Source: Bacteroidales bacterium (GTDB taxonomy: Bacteria > Bacteroidota > Bacteroidia > Bacteroidales > UBA12077). From it: a stretch of 64,000 nucleotides of DNA. The notes under the pieces are model-generated. The model was not told where the DNA came from and did not search any database. It saw only the letters and a list, made by a program, of their open reading frames with translations. A program made the position numbers and the translations under genes. Position 1 is the stretch's first letter, and each line of letters starts with the position of its first letter. The stretch is from contig JANQHR010000040.1 in assembly GCA_028282585.1 (NCBI GenBank), positions 32,299 to 96,298 of the forward strand, written 5' to 3'. This document shows positions 41,388-51,057 of this stretch, piece after piece.

Positions 41388-41397
41388 AATTATAACT

Positions 41398-42915
41398 ATG
41401 AATAAAAAAATAAACCTGATAGAAAAACTACAAACCGGAATTCCTGGATTTGACCACGTTTCAAAAGGTGGTTTGCCAACAAACAGAACAACCTTATTAT
41501 CTGGTTCTGCCGGTAGCGCAAAAACTGTTTTTGCGGCACAGTTTTTAGCTGAAGGAATTTCCCAGTTCAATCAGAATGGTGTTTTTATAACATTTGAGGA
41601 ACCTGTTGAAGATATTAGGCGAAATATGTTAAGTTTTGGCTGGCCAATTGAACAATGGGAAAAAGAAAATAAATGGGCCTTTGTTGATGCTTCCCCACAA
41701 CCAAATGAAGCACATATAATTACTGGCGATTATGATTTAGGAGCCCTTCTAGCACGAATTGAAAATGCAGTAAAAAAGACCGGAGCGAAAAGGTTATCCA
41801 TGGACTCTATTGGTGCCATCTTTACGCAATTTACAGATACCTTTATTGTTCGGCGCGAACTTTTTAGAATTGCTTATGCTTTAAAGAAAATAAATGTAAC
41901 ATCATTAATGACAGCTGAAAGAATAGATGAATACGGTGAAATTGCTCGATTTGGTGTTGAAGAATTCGTTGCAGACAATGTAATTATTTTAAGAAATATT
42001 CTGGAAGATGAAAAGAGAAGAAGAACAATTGAAATACTTAAATACAGGGGCACAAACCATCAAAAAGGAGAATACCCGTTTTCCGTTTCACCCGAATCCG
42101 GCTTAATAATAATCCCACTTTCAGCTATTGAGTTAAAACAAAAATCATCCAATATCAGAATTACTTCGGGAAGCCAGGAATTAGACGATATGTGTAATGG
42201 TGGATTTTTCCGTGATTCAATCATCTTGGTTTCCGGCGCTACCGGAACAGGAAAAACTTTAATGGCAACGGAATTTATGGAAGGAGGAACTTCAAAAGGA
42301 GAACGTTCGTTGCTATTTGCATTTGAAGAAAGTCGAGAACAATTATTTAGAAATGCTTCTGGCTGGGGTATCGATTTTGAAAAGGCCGAAAAAGATGGAT
42401 TACTCAAGGTTGTTTGTGAATATCCTGAAGTTACTGGTTTGGAAGACCACCTGATTCGAATGAAAGAAGTAATTGAAAAATACAACCCTCAACGCGTAGC
42501 AGTTGACAGCCTTTCGGCTCTGGAGAGAGTTTCAACATTAAAAAGCTTCCGAGAGTTTATAATTGGTTTAACTTCCTTCATTAAGCATAAAGAAACTGCC
42601 GGATTATTTACCTCAACAACTACATCGCTTATGGGTGGCTCTTCAATTACGGAAGGACATATTTCGACTATTACCGATTCAATTATACTTCTTCGTTATG
42701 TTGAGGCTTATGGCGAAATGCGAAGGGGTTTAACCGTATTAAAAATGCGTGGATCGAAACATAATAAGGATATTAGAGAACTAACAATTGATGAAAATGG
42801 TATGCATATCGGTAAACCATTTCGGGATGTTTCAGGAATAATATCCGGAAATCCTCATTTAGTTTTTAGGGGAGAAATTGATCGTTTAGATGATTTATTT
42901 AATAACGATGCATAA
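41398..42915 (+). CDS. kaiC: Circadian clock protein KaiC (double RecA-like domain)
   Basis: CI P-loop GSAGSAKT, TFEE and ARFGVEEFVADNV; CII GATGTGKT, AFEESREQL, phosphosite HISTITD, KMRGS and A-loop IISGNP. The ATG at 41398 is preferred to the overlapping 41380. Confidence 0.97.
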   Translation: MNKKINLIEKLQTGIPGFDHVSKGGLPTNRTTLLSGSAGSAKTVFAAQFLAEGISQFNQNGVFITFEEPVEDIRRNMLSFGWPIEQWEKENKWAFVDASPQPNEAHIITGDYDLGALLARIENAVKKTGAKRLSMDSIGAIFTQFTDTFIVRRELFRIAYALKKINVTSLMTAERIDEYGEIARFGVEEFVADNVIILRNILEDEKRRRTIEILKYRGTNHQKGEYPFSVSPESGLIIIPLSAIELKQKSSNIRITSGSQELDDMCNGGFFRDSIILVSGATGTGKTLMATEFMEGGTSKGERSLLFAFEESREQLFRNASGWGIDFEKAEKDGLLKVVCEYPEVTGLEDHLIRMKEVIEKYNPQRVAVDSLSALERVSTLKSFREFIIGLTSFIKHKETAGLFTSTTTSLMGGSSITEGHISTITDSIILLRYVEAYGEMRRGLTVLKMRGSKHNKDIRELTIDENGMHIGKPFRDVSGIISGNPHLVFRGEIDRLDDLFNNDA

Positions 42916-42917
42916 TT

Positions 42918-44771
42918 ATGGAAGAAAAAGCAAAAGATAAAATATTACTTGTTGATGATGAACCATTCAACTTAGAAATCTACTCTGAAATGTTTTCCGA
43001 TGTAGGTTATGAAGTTTTTACCGCTTCTAATTCAGGTGAAACTTTCGAAATATTAAAAAAGAATGAACCCGATCTTTTGCTTTTGGATATAGTACTCCAT
43101 AATGAATCAGGACTGGATATTTTAGAAAGAATTAAAACTGACAAGTTGCACCCTTTTATGTTTATTGTAATGATAACGGGTGCATTTACTTCATCACAAC
43201 AACAAGCTGCTGGTTTAGAACAAGGTGCAGATGGTTACATAATACGGCCAATAGATAATCGGGAATTAATTGCGCGAGTTGAAGCATTTATGAGGCACAA
43301 ACGCACTTTAGACTCTCTTCGTAGAAGCGAAAGCCGTTTCAGAAAAATAATTGCTCGTAATCCGGATGCTATTTTAGTGGTTGGTACCGATGGAAAAATA
43401 TCATTTGCCAATCCTTCAGCAGAAGATATGTTTAAATTAACAATTGATGAATTACTTAGTAGAGTATTTGGCTACCCGATTATTCAAGGTGAACATACAG
43501 AAATTAATATTGTTCGACAAGACGAAGAAAAACGTATTGGCGAAATGCGAACCATTGATATTGACTGGAATGATAAGGAAACATTTCTTACATCAATACG
43601 AGATATAACCCATCATAAACAAATTGAAGAAGAACTAAAAAAAGCTTTGTTAAAAGCTGAAGAAAGCGATAAACTAAAATCAGCATTCCTTGCTAACATG
43701 AGCCATGAGATTCGAACACCTATGAATGGTGTACTTGGTTTTACGAGGTTTCTTAAAAAACCAAATCTGCCCATTGAAAAGCAGCGAAAATATATATCAA
43801 TTATTGAACAATCTGGCTTAAGAATGCTTAATCTTATTAATGATATTATTGATATATCAAAAATTGAATCCGGTAACATGGAAGTTAATTACGGTAATAT
43901 AAACATACATGAAATGTTTGCTTCCTTATTTAGCTTCTTTGAGCCACAAGCAAAGAAAAATAAGAATAAATTATTGTACGTAACAAGTCTGCCAGACCAC
44001 AAAGCTTATGTTTTTACAGATAATGAAAAGATTACTGCGATATTTACAAATCTGATAAAAAACGCAATAAAGTATACCTCTAATGGTAAAATTGAATTTG
44101 GTTACGAGTTAAAAGAAAATATGTTTGAGTTTTACGTGAAGGATACAGGGATAGGAATTCCACAGGATCGTTTAGATGCAATATTTGAGCGTTTTGTTCA
44201 GGCAGACCTAAGAGTAGCTCAACCTTATGAGGGGGCAGGATTGGGATTATCCATTGCGAAAGCTTATGTAGAAATGCTAAGGGGAAAAATACGAGTAGAA
44301 TCAGAAGAAAATAAAGGATCAACGTTCTATTTTACTATACCAATTAAAGGTAAAAAAGTTGATAAAAAAGTTGTTACGCAAGAAAAAGAAATTGATATCA
44401 ATGAAAAATTAAGGGAAATAACGGTGCTTGTTGCCGATGACGATGAAACTGCAAATGTTTATTTAGAAGAGGTACTAGAAGGTAAATGCAAAAGAATATT
44501 ACACGCGCGTAACGGCAAACAAGCTGTGGACATAATTCAAAAAGAAAAAGATATTAACCTTATTTTGATGGATATAAAAATGCCGGTTATGGATGGTTAT
44601 ACAGCTACCCGAATGATAAAACAGTATAATGAAAATGTTATCATAATTGCCCAAACTGCCTATGCAATGTCAGGTGATAAAGAAAAAGCTATTAAAGCGG
44701 GATGCAATGGATATATCACAAAACCGATTAATCAAAACGAGCTTTTATTAATCATGAATCAACTACTTTAG
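42918..44771 (+). CDS. Soluble hybrid histidine kinase (REC-PAS-HisKA-HATPase-REC)
   Basis: N-terminal REC (LLLDIVL), PAS (NPDAILVV...FANPSA), H-box MSHEIRTPMNG, G boxes and a C-terminal REC (LMDIKMP, ITKP). Starts 2 nt after the kaiC stop. Confidence 0.93.
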   Translation: MEEKAKDKILLVDDEPFNLEIYSEMFSDVGYEVFTASNSGETFEILKKNEPDLLLLDIVLHNESGLDILERIKTDKLHPFMFIVMITGAFTSSQQQAAGLEQGADGYIIRPIDNRELIARVEAFMRHKRTLDSLRRSESRFRKIIARNPDAILVVGTDGKISFANPSAEDMFKLTIDELLSRVFGYPIIQGEHTEINIVRQDEEKRIGEMRTIDIDWNDKETFLTSIRDITHHKQIEEELKKALLKAEESDKLKSAFLANMSHEIRTPMNGVLGFTRFLKKPNLPIEKQRKYISIIEQSGLRMLNLINDIIDISKIESGNMEVNYGNINIHEMFASLFSFFEPQAKKNKNKLLYVTSLPDHKAYVFTDNEKITAIFTNLIKNAIKYTSNGKIEFGYELKENMFEFYVKDTGIGIPQDRLDAIFERFVQADLRVAQPYEGAGLGLSIAKAYVEMLRGKIRVESEENKGSTFYFTIPIKGKKVDKKVVTQEKEIDINEKLREITVLVADDDETANVYLEEVLEGKCKRILHARNGKQAVDIIQKEKDINLILMDIKMPVMDGYTATRMIKQYNENVIIIAQTAYAMSGDKEKAIKAGCNGYITKPINQNELLLIMNQLL

Positions 44772-44818
44772 ATTGGATTTTTTTGTTATATTTGGTTCCC
44801 ATTTGAATCGAACGTATA

Positions 44819-45319
44819 GTGAAACCAGTTTTGAAAATATTTCTCTTTTTCTTTTTAGTATCTATTGTTGTTTCATGTAATTTTTTAACTAATTCTTCAG
44901 CCAAAATTAATAGTAGTTCGCTTTTAGAAGAAGTTAGTTGGATAATTGGCAATTGGGAAAACAATATTCCGGAAGGTAAAACCATTGAAAGTTGGCAAAA
45001 ACTTAATGATTCGGTTTTAATAGGAAAAAGTATTTTTATTAAAGAAAAAGATTCACTTTTACTTGAAAATATTTTAATAGTTCAGCGCCAAGAAGGTCTT
45101 TATTATATTCCTACTGTTATAAATCAAAATGAAGGAAATTCGGTTGAATTTAAACTTTCCTATAAAAGCGGAAGAATGTTGGTTTTTGAAAATCCGCAAC
45201 ATGATTTCCCACAAAAAATAAGCTATAGCAAAATTTCAAACGATTCTATTTTAGCAGAAATATCTGGTATTTCAAATGGTAAAGAAAAATCGGTTAAATT
45301 TCCAATGACCAGAAAATAA
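44819..45319 (+). CDS. DUF6265-like lipoprotein
   Basis: Lipobox VVSC; WIIGNW, ESW and FENPQHDFPQKISY. Confidence 0.7.
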   Translation: MKPVLKIFLFFFLVSIVVSCNFLTNSSAKINSSSLLEEVSWIIGNWENNIPEGKTIESWQKLNDSVLIGKSIFIKEKDSLLLENILIVQRQEGLYYIPTVINQNEGNSVEFKLSYKSGRMLVFENPQHDFPQKISYSKISNDSILAEISGISNGKEKSVKFPMTRK

Positions 45320-45320
45320 T

Positions 45321-46013
45321 ATGTTTTTTGTCGAAAAACTTATTCACGGCAGGTTAATAAAACGATACAAACGTTTTTTGGCTGATGTCCAATTGGATGA
45401 TGGAAAAATCGTAACAGCACACTGTACCAATTCCGGGTCTATGAAAAGCTGTTTGGAAAATGATGCGGAAGTTTACTTATCTCCTGTAAATGATTCAAAA
45501 CGTAAAACAAAATTTACCTGGGAAATGATCAAAATTAATAATAACTGGATTGGAATAAATACAGGAAACCCAAACAAGCTGGCCTTTGAAGCTGTTTTAA
45601 ATAACCAAATCGAAAAATTAAAAGGATATTCTGAAGTTAAAAGAGAAGTTAAATTTGGCGATAGCCGATTTGATATAATGGCTAAAAATGAGACTGAAAT
45701 CTGTTTTATAGAAGTTAAAAATGTTACCCTAAAGGTAGGAGATTATGCTCTTTTCCCCGATGCAATTACAAGCCGTGGAAAAAAGCACTTGGAAACCTTG
45801 ATAAAGGTTAAAGAAAATGGTATGCGAGCAGTGATGTTGTACATAATTCAAAGAACGGATGTTTCAATTTTTGCTCCTGCTAATGAAATTGATCCCGAAT
45901 ATGCTAAAACCTTAAAAAAAGCATATAATAATGGCATTGAGATAATTCCAATGCAAGCAAAAGTAACACCTGAAAAAATTGATTTAGTCAAAGAATTACC
46001 TTTTGAAATTTAA
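45321..46013 (+). CDS. sfsA: Sugar fermentation stimulation protein A (nuclease)
   Basis: RYKRFLADV, AHCTNSGSM, SRFD, EVKNVTL and FPDAITSRGKKHL. Confidence 0.96.
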   Translation: MFFVEKLIHGRLIKRYKRFLADVQLDDGKIVTAHCTNSGSMKSCLENDAEVYLSPVNDSKRKTKFTWEMIKINNNWIGINTGNPNKLAFEAVLNNQIEKLKGYSEVKREVKFGDSRFDIMAKNETEICFIEVKNVTLKVGDYALFPDAITSRGKKHLETLIKVKENGMRAVMLYIIQRTDVSIFAPANEIDPEYAKTLKKAYNNGIEIIPMQAKVTPEKIDLVKELPFEI

Positions 46014-46014
46014 A

Positions 46015-47115
46015 ATGAGATTTATAAAATACGTACCAATTTCATTCATTCTTATTATCTTTTCTTGTTCTAATGAAACAATTAATCCGGATTTTATAAG
46101 CGATGGAGAATATGATGGAAAATACTTTCCTACAAATGAATGGAGATACTGTAACCCTGAAGAAGTTGGCGTAAACATAAATGCTCTGTTAGAGGCACAC
46201 AAATATGTATCAAATTCTGATTTTGGTACAAATGGTTATATGATTATCAAAGATGGTTATATAGTTGCCGAAGATTATTTTAACGGTTTAACTTTAGAAG
46301 TAAAGCATGCAAGTTATTCAATTGCTAAAAGTATTACTTCTGCAATTATAGGAATTGCAATCGATCAAGGCTATATTGAAAGTGTAGAAGATAAGTTTTC
46401 CGATTATTTTACCGAACTCAACAATGGTAATACTCAACAGTGGAAAAAGGATCTTAAAGTATCGCATGTTCTTACTATGACATCAGGAATTGATTGGGCA
46501 GAAGAAGGTATTTTTTCAAATGACATTATTCAAATGTCTCGTTCCGAAGATTATCTTGAATACGTAATGAATAAGCCCCTGAATAATAAACCCGGAACAG
46601 ATTGGTCATACAATAGCGGAGAATCGATGTATTTGTCCGGATTAATTAATTTAACAACTGGAAAAAATATGCTTCAGTTTGCAGAAGAAAATTTACTAAA
46701 TCCGATAGGGATATGTAATATAAACTGGATTGCAGATTCAAAAAACCATACAGTTGCCGGATGGGGAATTAATGCTACCATGCATGATTTTGCCAGGTTC
46801 GGATATTTATTTTTAAACAATGGAAACTGGGATGGGTCGCAAATAATTTCAAAAGAATGGATTAAAGAGTCAACATCACCTTTTAGTAATGATTATCCAT
46901 TTTATGGCTACTTATGGTGGATAGGAGAAGATGCTTTTTTTGAAAGTACAATTGATTTGCCAGATGATTTATATATGGCCATTGGTGCATTTGGTCAATA
47001 TCTAATAATTATTCCCTCTGAAAACTTAATTATTGCAAGATTAGGACAGGATCTATATTCTCGGAATAGTTGGAAACCTGAAGAATTTATTCGTTTAGTT
47101 CTAAAAGCTGTTTGA
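46015..47115 (+). CDS. Serine hydrolase, beta-lactamase/AmpC-like lipoprotein
   Basis: SxxK (SIAKS), LTMTSG, YNS and YGYLWW; lipobox IFSC. ATG at 46015 preferred. Confidence 0.85.
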   Translation: MRFIKYVPISFILIIFSCSNETINPDFISDGEYDGKYFPTNEWRYCNPEEVGVNINALLEAHKYVSNSDFGTNGYMIIKDGYIVAEDYFNGLTLEVKHASYSIAKSITSAIIGIAIDQGYIESVEDKFSDYFTELNNGNTQQWKKDLKVSHVLTMTSGIDWAEEGIFSNDIIQMSRSEDYLEYVMNKPLNNKPGTDWSYNSGESMYLSGLINLTTGKNMLQFAEENLLNPIGICNINWIADSKNHTVAGWGINATMHDFARFGYLFLNNGNWDGSQIISKEWIKESTSPFSNDYPFYGYLWWIGEDAFFESTIDLPDDLYMAIGAFGQYLIIIPSENLIIARLGQDLYSRNSWKPEEFIRLVLKAV

Positions 47116-48207
47116 TTTATACTTTTGCAGTTCATATTTTTGATTTCTTAGTTTAGGTTCAAAACTTGCTTCACGAATTGCATTCTGTATACCTTCTGCA
47201 TCAAACTTATAATTCGCTCCTGCTGAAGAAACCACATTTTCTTCAATCATTATTGAACCAAAATCGTTTGCTCCGGCATGCAAACAAACCTGAGCTATAT
47301 CTTTTCCAACAGTTAACCAGGAAGCCTGTATATTTTGAATGTTTGGAAGCATAATTCTGCTTATAGCAATAGTCTTAATATATTCTTCAGATCTAACTTC
47401 GTTTTTTATACCAAACTCTCTTTGCAAAAATGTATTTTCATCTTGAAAAGGCCATGGAATAAATGCTAAAAATCCATATGCAGATTCTGGCTTCTGTGAT
47501 TGTGTATCCCGTATTGCAACAAGGTGTTCAATACGTTCTTTTCTAGTTTCAACATGTCCAAACATCATAGTTGCTGATGTTACCAAATTTAATTTATGCG
47601 CTTCCTTCATAACATCCAACCATTGTTCTGCACTTGCTTTTGCAGGAGATATACTTTTTCTTACTCTATCGCATAAAATTTCAGCGCCCGCACCTGGCAA
47701 ACTATCCAAGCCTGCGTTCATTAGAGCTTCTAAAATTTCTTTATATGATTTTTTCTCTAACCTTGCCAAATGAACGATCTCAGGAGGTCCTAATGCATGT
47801 AATTTCAAATTTGGAAATTCAGATTTTAATTCACTGAACAAGTTGGTATAAAAATTTAGTTTTAAGTTGGGATGTAACCCACCCTGCAATAAAAGCTGCT
47901 CCCCTCCCAATCCAAAAAGCTCTTCGACCTTGGTTTTATATTCTTCCATCGAAGTTACGTAAACCCCTTCATCTTTGGGTTTTTTATAAAAATTACAAAA
48001 CTTACATTGAGATATACACGCATTCGTAATATTTACATTTCTATCAATCTGCCATGTTACAACATTATCCTGCTTATGTATTTTTCTAAGTTGATTTCCA
48101 ATAAATATCAACTCTTCCAAAGGAGCTTCTTCGTACAACAAAAGGCCTTCTTCCGTTGTTAGAAAATCAAGATTTAGTGCTTTTTTATATAAATTATTAA
48201 GGTTCAT
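47101..48207 (-). CDS. mqnC: Cyclic dehypoxanthine futalosine synthase (CofH/MqnC-like radical SAM enzyme)
   Basis: IDRNVNITNACISQCKFCNF, LLLQGGLHP, PGAGAEIL, AFIPWPFQ, NIQASW and DFGSIMIEENVV. ATG at 48207 preferred. Confidence 0.85.
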   Translation of the reverse strand: MNLNNLYKKALNLDFLTTEEGLLLYEEAPLEELIFIGNQLRKIHKQDNVVTWQIDRNVNITNACISQCKFCNFYKKPKDEGVYVTSMEEYKTKVEELFGLGGEQLLLQGGLHPNLKLNFYTNLFSELKSEFPNLKLHALGPPEIVHLARLEKKSYKEILEALMNAGLDSLPGAGAEILCDRVRKSISPAKASAEQWLDVMKEAHKLNLVTSATMMFGHVETRKERIEHLVAIRDTQSQKPESAYGFLAFIPWPFQDENTFLQREFGIKNEVRSEEYIKTIAISRIMLPNIQNIQASWLTVGKDIAQVCLHAGANDFGSIMIEENVVSSAGANYKFDAEGIQNAIREASFEPKLRNQKYELQKYKSNSF

Positions 48208-48304
48208 ATCAAATCTAAATAAGTTATGCCAATTTGTTGTACATTGAATTAATGGGATGTCAAATTTATTAACTTTACAATTCAAAATTAAATAAGTTTA
48301 AATT

Positions 48305-49738
48305 ATGAAAATCAATATATCAAAAATTTCAGAGTTAGATCACAACATATCAATAATTTATATATCAGAATCACCTGAAAAAATAAATAAGGATTATTTT
48401 AATCGGGAAGAACTTGAATATATTAAAAATCAATTTGAAAATAAGAAAAAGTCCGTTGCAATAAATACTTATAAAAATTGGAAATACATTGAATGGATAG
48501 AAACAGGTAAAGAACAATATATTGTAAAGGAAAAATTAAGGCGAGCAGCAGGAAACTTATATTCACAATTAAAAAATAGTAAACTGGAACAAATATGTCT
48601 TGTTGATTTATCTGATAATGCTGAAAATACAATTGCTTTTGTTGAGGGATTAAGTTTAAGTCATTATCAATTTTTAAAATACTACAGCAAACCCGAAGAA
48701 AAAAAGAATTTTTTAAAAGAGATCCAAATTTTTGGTTCGGCAATTGATAACGAACAAATCTCAGAGCTTGACATTTTAATTGAATCAGTTTATCATGCAA
48801 AGAATTTAGTTAATGAACCTGTTTCATTCTTAAACGCCGAACAGTTTTCATATGAGATCGAAAAACTTGGTCAAGATGCGGGTTTCGAGGTAGAAGTATT
48901 TAATAAAGTAAAAATAGAATCTCTAAAGATGGGTGGATTATTAGCTGTAAATAAAGGCAGCGTTGATCCTCCTACATTTAATATTCTAACATGGAAACCT
49001 AAAGATGCTGTTAATCAAAAGCCTTACGTGCTGGTAGGTAAAGGTGTAGTTTATGATACAGGCGGAATGAATATCAAAACAGAAAATTATCTTGATACGA
49101 TGAAATCTGATATGGCAGGAGCTGCAACAGTTACCGGAACTATCTACGCTATTGCCAAAGCCGAAATCCCAATTTATGTAATTGGACTAATCCCTGCAAC
49201 TGATAATCGTTTAAATGCAAATGCATATGTCCCCGATGATGTTATTACAATGTATAATAAATCGACTGTTGAAGTTAGAAATACTGATGCAGAAGGAAGA
49301 TTAATATTAGCAGATGCTTTACATTTTGCTAAAAAATATGATCCCGAATTAGTAATTGACCTGGCGACATTAACAGGATCAGCTCTTATGGCAATTGGTA
49401 ATTTAGGAATGGTTGCAATGACTAATGTCACAGATGATCAATTTGAACAGTTAAAAATTTCGGGTAACAATATGTATGAAAGAATAGTAGAACTTCCACT
49501 TTGGGAAGAATATGCGGAAATGTTAAAATCAGATATTGCCGATATTAAAAATTTAGGAGGAAGAGAGGCCGGAGCTATAACTGCCGGAAAATTTCTTGAA
49601 CATTTTACTGAGTATCCATGGATTCACTTGGATATAGCAGGATGCGCATTCCTTACAAAAAAAGATAACTACAGGGGTGTTGGAGCGACCGGGGTTGGAG
49701 TTCGTTTACTTTTTGATTTTTTCAATAATCAATTGTAA
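48305..49738 (+). CDS. pepA: Leucyl aminopeptidase (M17)
   Basis: VGKGVVYDTGG, MKSDMAG, NTDAEGRL, DLATLTG and HLDIAG. Confidence 0.93.
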   Translation: MKINISKISELDHNISIIYISESPEKINKDYFNREELEYIKNQFENKKKSVAINTYKNWKYIEWIETGKEQYIVKEKLRRAAGNLYSQLKNSKLEQICLVDLSDNAENTIAFVEGLSLSHYQFLKYYSKPEEKKNFLKEIQIFGSAIDNEQISELDILIESVYHAKNLVNEPVSFLNAEQFSYEIEKLGQDAGFEVEVFNKVKIESLKMGGLLAVNKGSVDPPTFNILTWKPKDAVNQKPYVLVGKGVVYDTGGMNIKTENYLDTMKSDMAGAATVTGTIYAIAKAEIPIYVIGLIPATDNRLNANAYVPDDVITMYNKSTVEVRNTDAEGRLILADALHFAKKYDPELVIDLATLTGSALMAIGNLGMVAMTNVTDDQFEQLKISGNNMYERIVELPLWEEYAEMLKSDIADIKNLGGREAGAITAGKFLEHFTEYPWIHLDIAGCAFLTKKDNYRGVGATGVGVRLLFDFFNNQL

Positions 49739-49820
49739 ACTCCTAAATCCTTATTATTAAAATATTATAGTTAATTTTGTGTTAAATAAAATAATCGTTT
49801 GACGGAATAATACAATATAT

Positions 49821-50888
49821 ATGATTCAAAATAAGATAGTTGTTGGTATTTCACACGGAGATATAAATGGAGTAAGCTACGAAGTGATCATAAAGGCTTT
49901 AATGGATAACAGAATATTCGATTTTTCTATTCCTGTTGTTTACGGTTCAGCTAAAGTAGCTGCTTATCACCGTAAGGCATTAAATATTGCAAACTTTAGT
50001 TTCAACAATGTAAAATCAGCCGAAGAGGCCAATATTAAGCGAGCCAATATAATTAATTGTTTAGATGATAATGTCAGGGTTGAACTTGGGAAATCAACTA
50101 ATATTGCCGGAGAATCCTCTCTAATATCATTAGAGCATGCTGTTAAAGATTTAAAAGAAGGAAAAATTGATGTTCTGGTTACGGCTCCCATCAATAAAGA
50201 TAATGTACAGTCCGATAAATTTAATTTTCCGGGCCATACTGAATATCTAACCAAGGAATCCGAATCAAAAGAATCTTTAATGCTTATGGTAAGCGAAAAT
50301 TTAAAAGTTGGAGTTGTTACAACGCATTTACCTCTTTGTCAAGTTCCTGAGGCTGTCACCGAAGATCTAATTTTATCTAAACTCAGAATAATGAATAAAA
50401 GTCTTATTCAGGATTTTAGAATAAGAAAACCTAAAATTGCAGTTCTTGGATTAAATCCGCATGCGGGAGATAACGGACTTTTAGGAAAAGAAGAAGTTGA
50501 TGTTGTGATTCCTGCAATAAATAAAGCAAGAGAAGAAAATATATTAGCTCTTGGACCTTATCCTTCAGACGGATTTTTTGGAAGTGACAACTTCAAAAAA
50601 GTAGATGCAATTTTAGCGATGTATCATGATCAGGGATTAACTCCCTTCAAAGCATTGGCTTTTAATTCCGGTGTAAACTATACAGCTGGTTTAGATTTTA
50701 TCAGAACATCGCCCGGACACGGAACAGCTTATGAAATAGCTGGTTTAGGCAAAGCTTCTGAGGTTTCATTTAGAAATGCGATATACCTGGCATGTGATAT
50801 TTTTAGAAGTAGAAAAGAATTTAAGGAAATAAGCGCTGAACCTTTACAACATTACGAAATTTCGGATAAGGAGACTGATCAGGAATAA
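49821..50888 (+). CDS. pdxA: 4-hydroxythreonine-4-phosphate dehydrogenase
   Basis: TAPINK, FPGHTEYL, GLNPHAG, AMYHDQG and RTSPGHGTA. Confidence 0.96.
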   Translation: MIQNKIVVGISHGDINGVSYEVIIKALMDNRIFDFSIPVVYGSAKVAAYHRKALNIANFSFNNVKSAEEANIKRANIINCLDDNVRVELGKSTNIAGESSLISLEHAVKDLKEGKIDVLVTAPINKDNVQSDKFNFPGHTEYLTKESESKESLMLMVSENLKVGVVTTHLPLCQVPEAVTEDLILSKLRIMNKSLIQDFRIRKPKIAVLGLNPHAGDNGLLGKEEVDVVIPAINKAREENILALGPYPSDGFFGSDNFKKVDAILAMYHDQGLTPFKALAFNSGVNYTAGLDFIRTSPGHGTAYEIAGLGKASEVSFRNAIYLACDIFRSRKEFKEISAEPLQHYEISDKETDQE

Positions 50889-50894
50889 AAAATT

Positions 50895-50923
50895 AAAAGG
50901 GTGATTAAAAATCATCCTTTTTT
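50895..50923 (+). terminator. Intrinsic terminator after pdxA
   Basis: AAAAGGGTGATT-AAA-AATCATCCTTTTTT. Confidence 0.7.
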
Positions 50924-51057
50924 GTTGAATGTTGCACAACATAATAATAAGCCAATAACTAGGCTTTTAGCTCTATTTTTAAGGTAAATTATTTAGTATT
51001 TTTGTTAGATACCTAAATTAACAAACTAAATAACTAAAATTAAATACGGAGGTTTTT

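Noticed and set aside
46003-47115. Antibiotic-resistance beta-lactamase
   Set aside because: It has only generic serine-hydrolase family motifs and no evidence for a true class A or C beta-lactamase.
44819-47115. DUF6265-like gene, sfsA and serine hydrolase as part of the kai system
   Set aside because: They are co-directional and close, but they are common stand-alone genes with no functional link visible in the sequence. Read-through transcription cannot be excluded.
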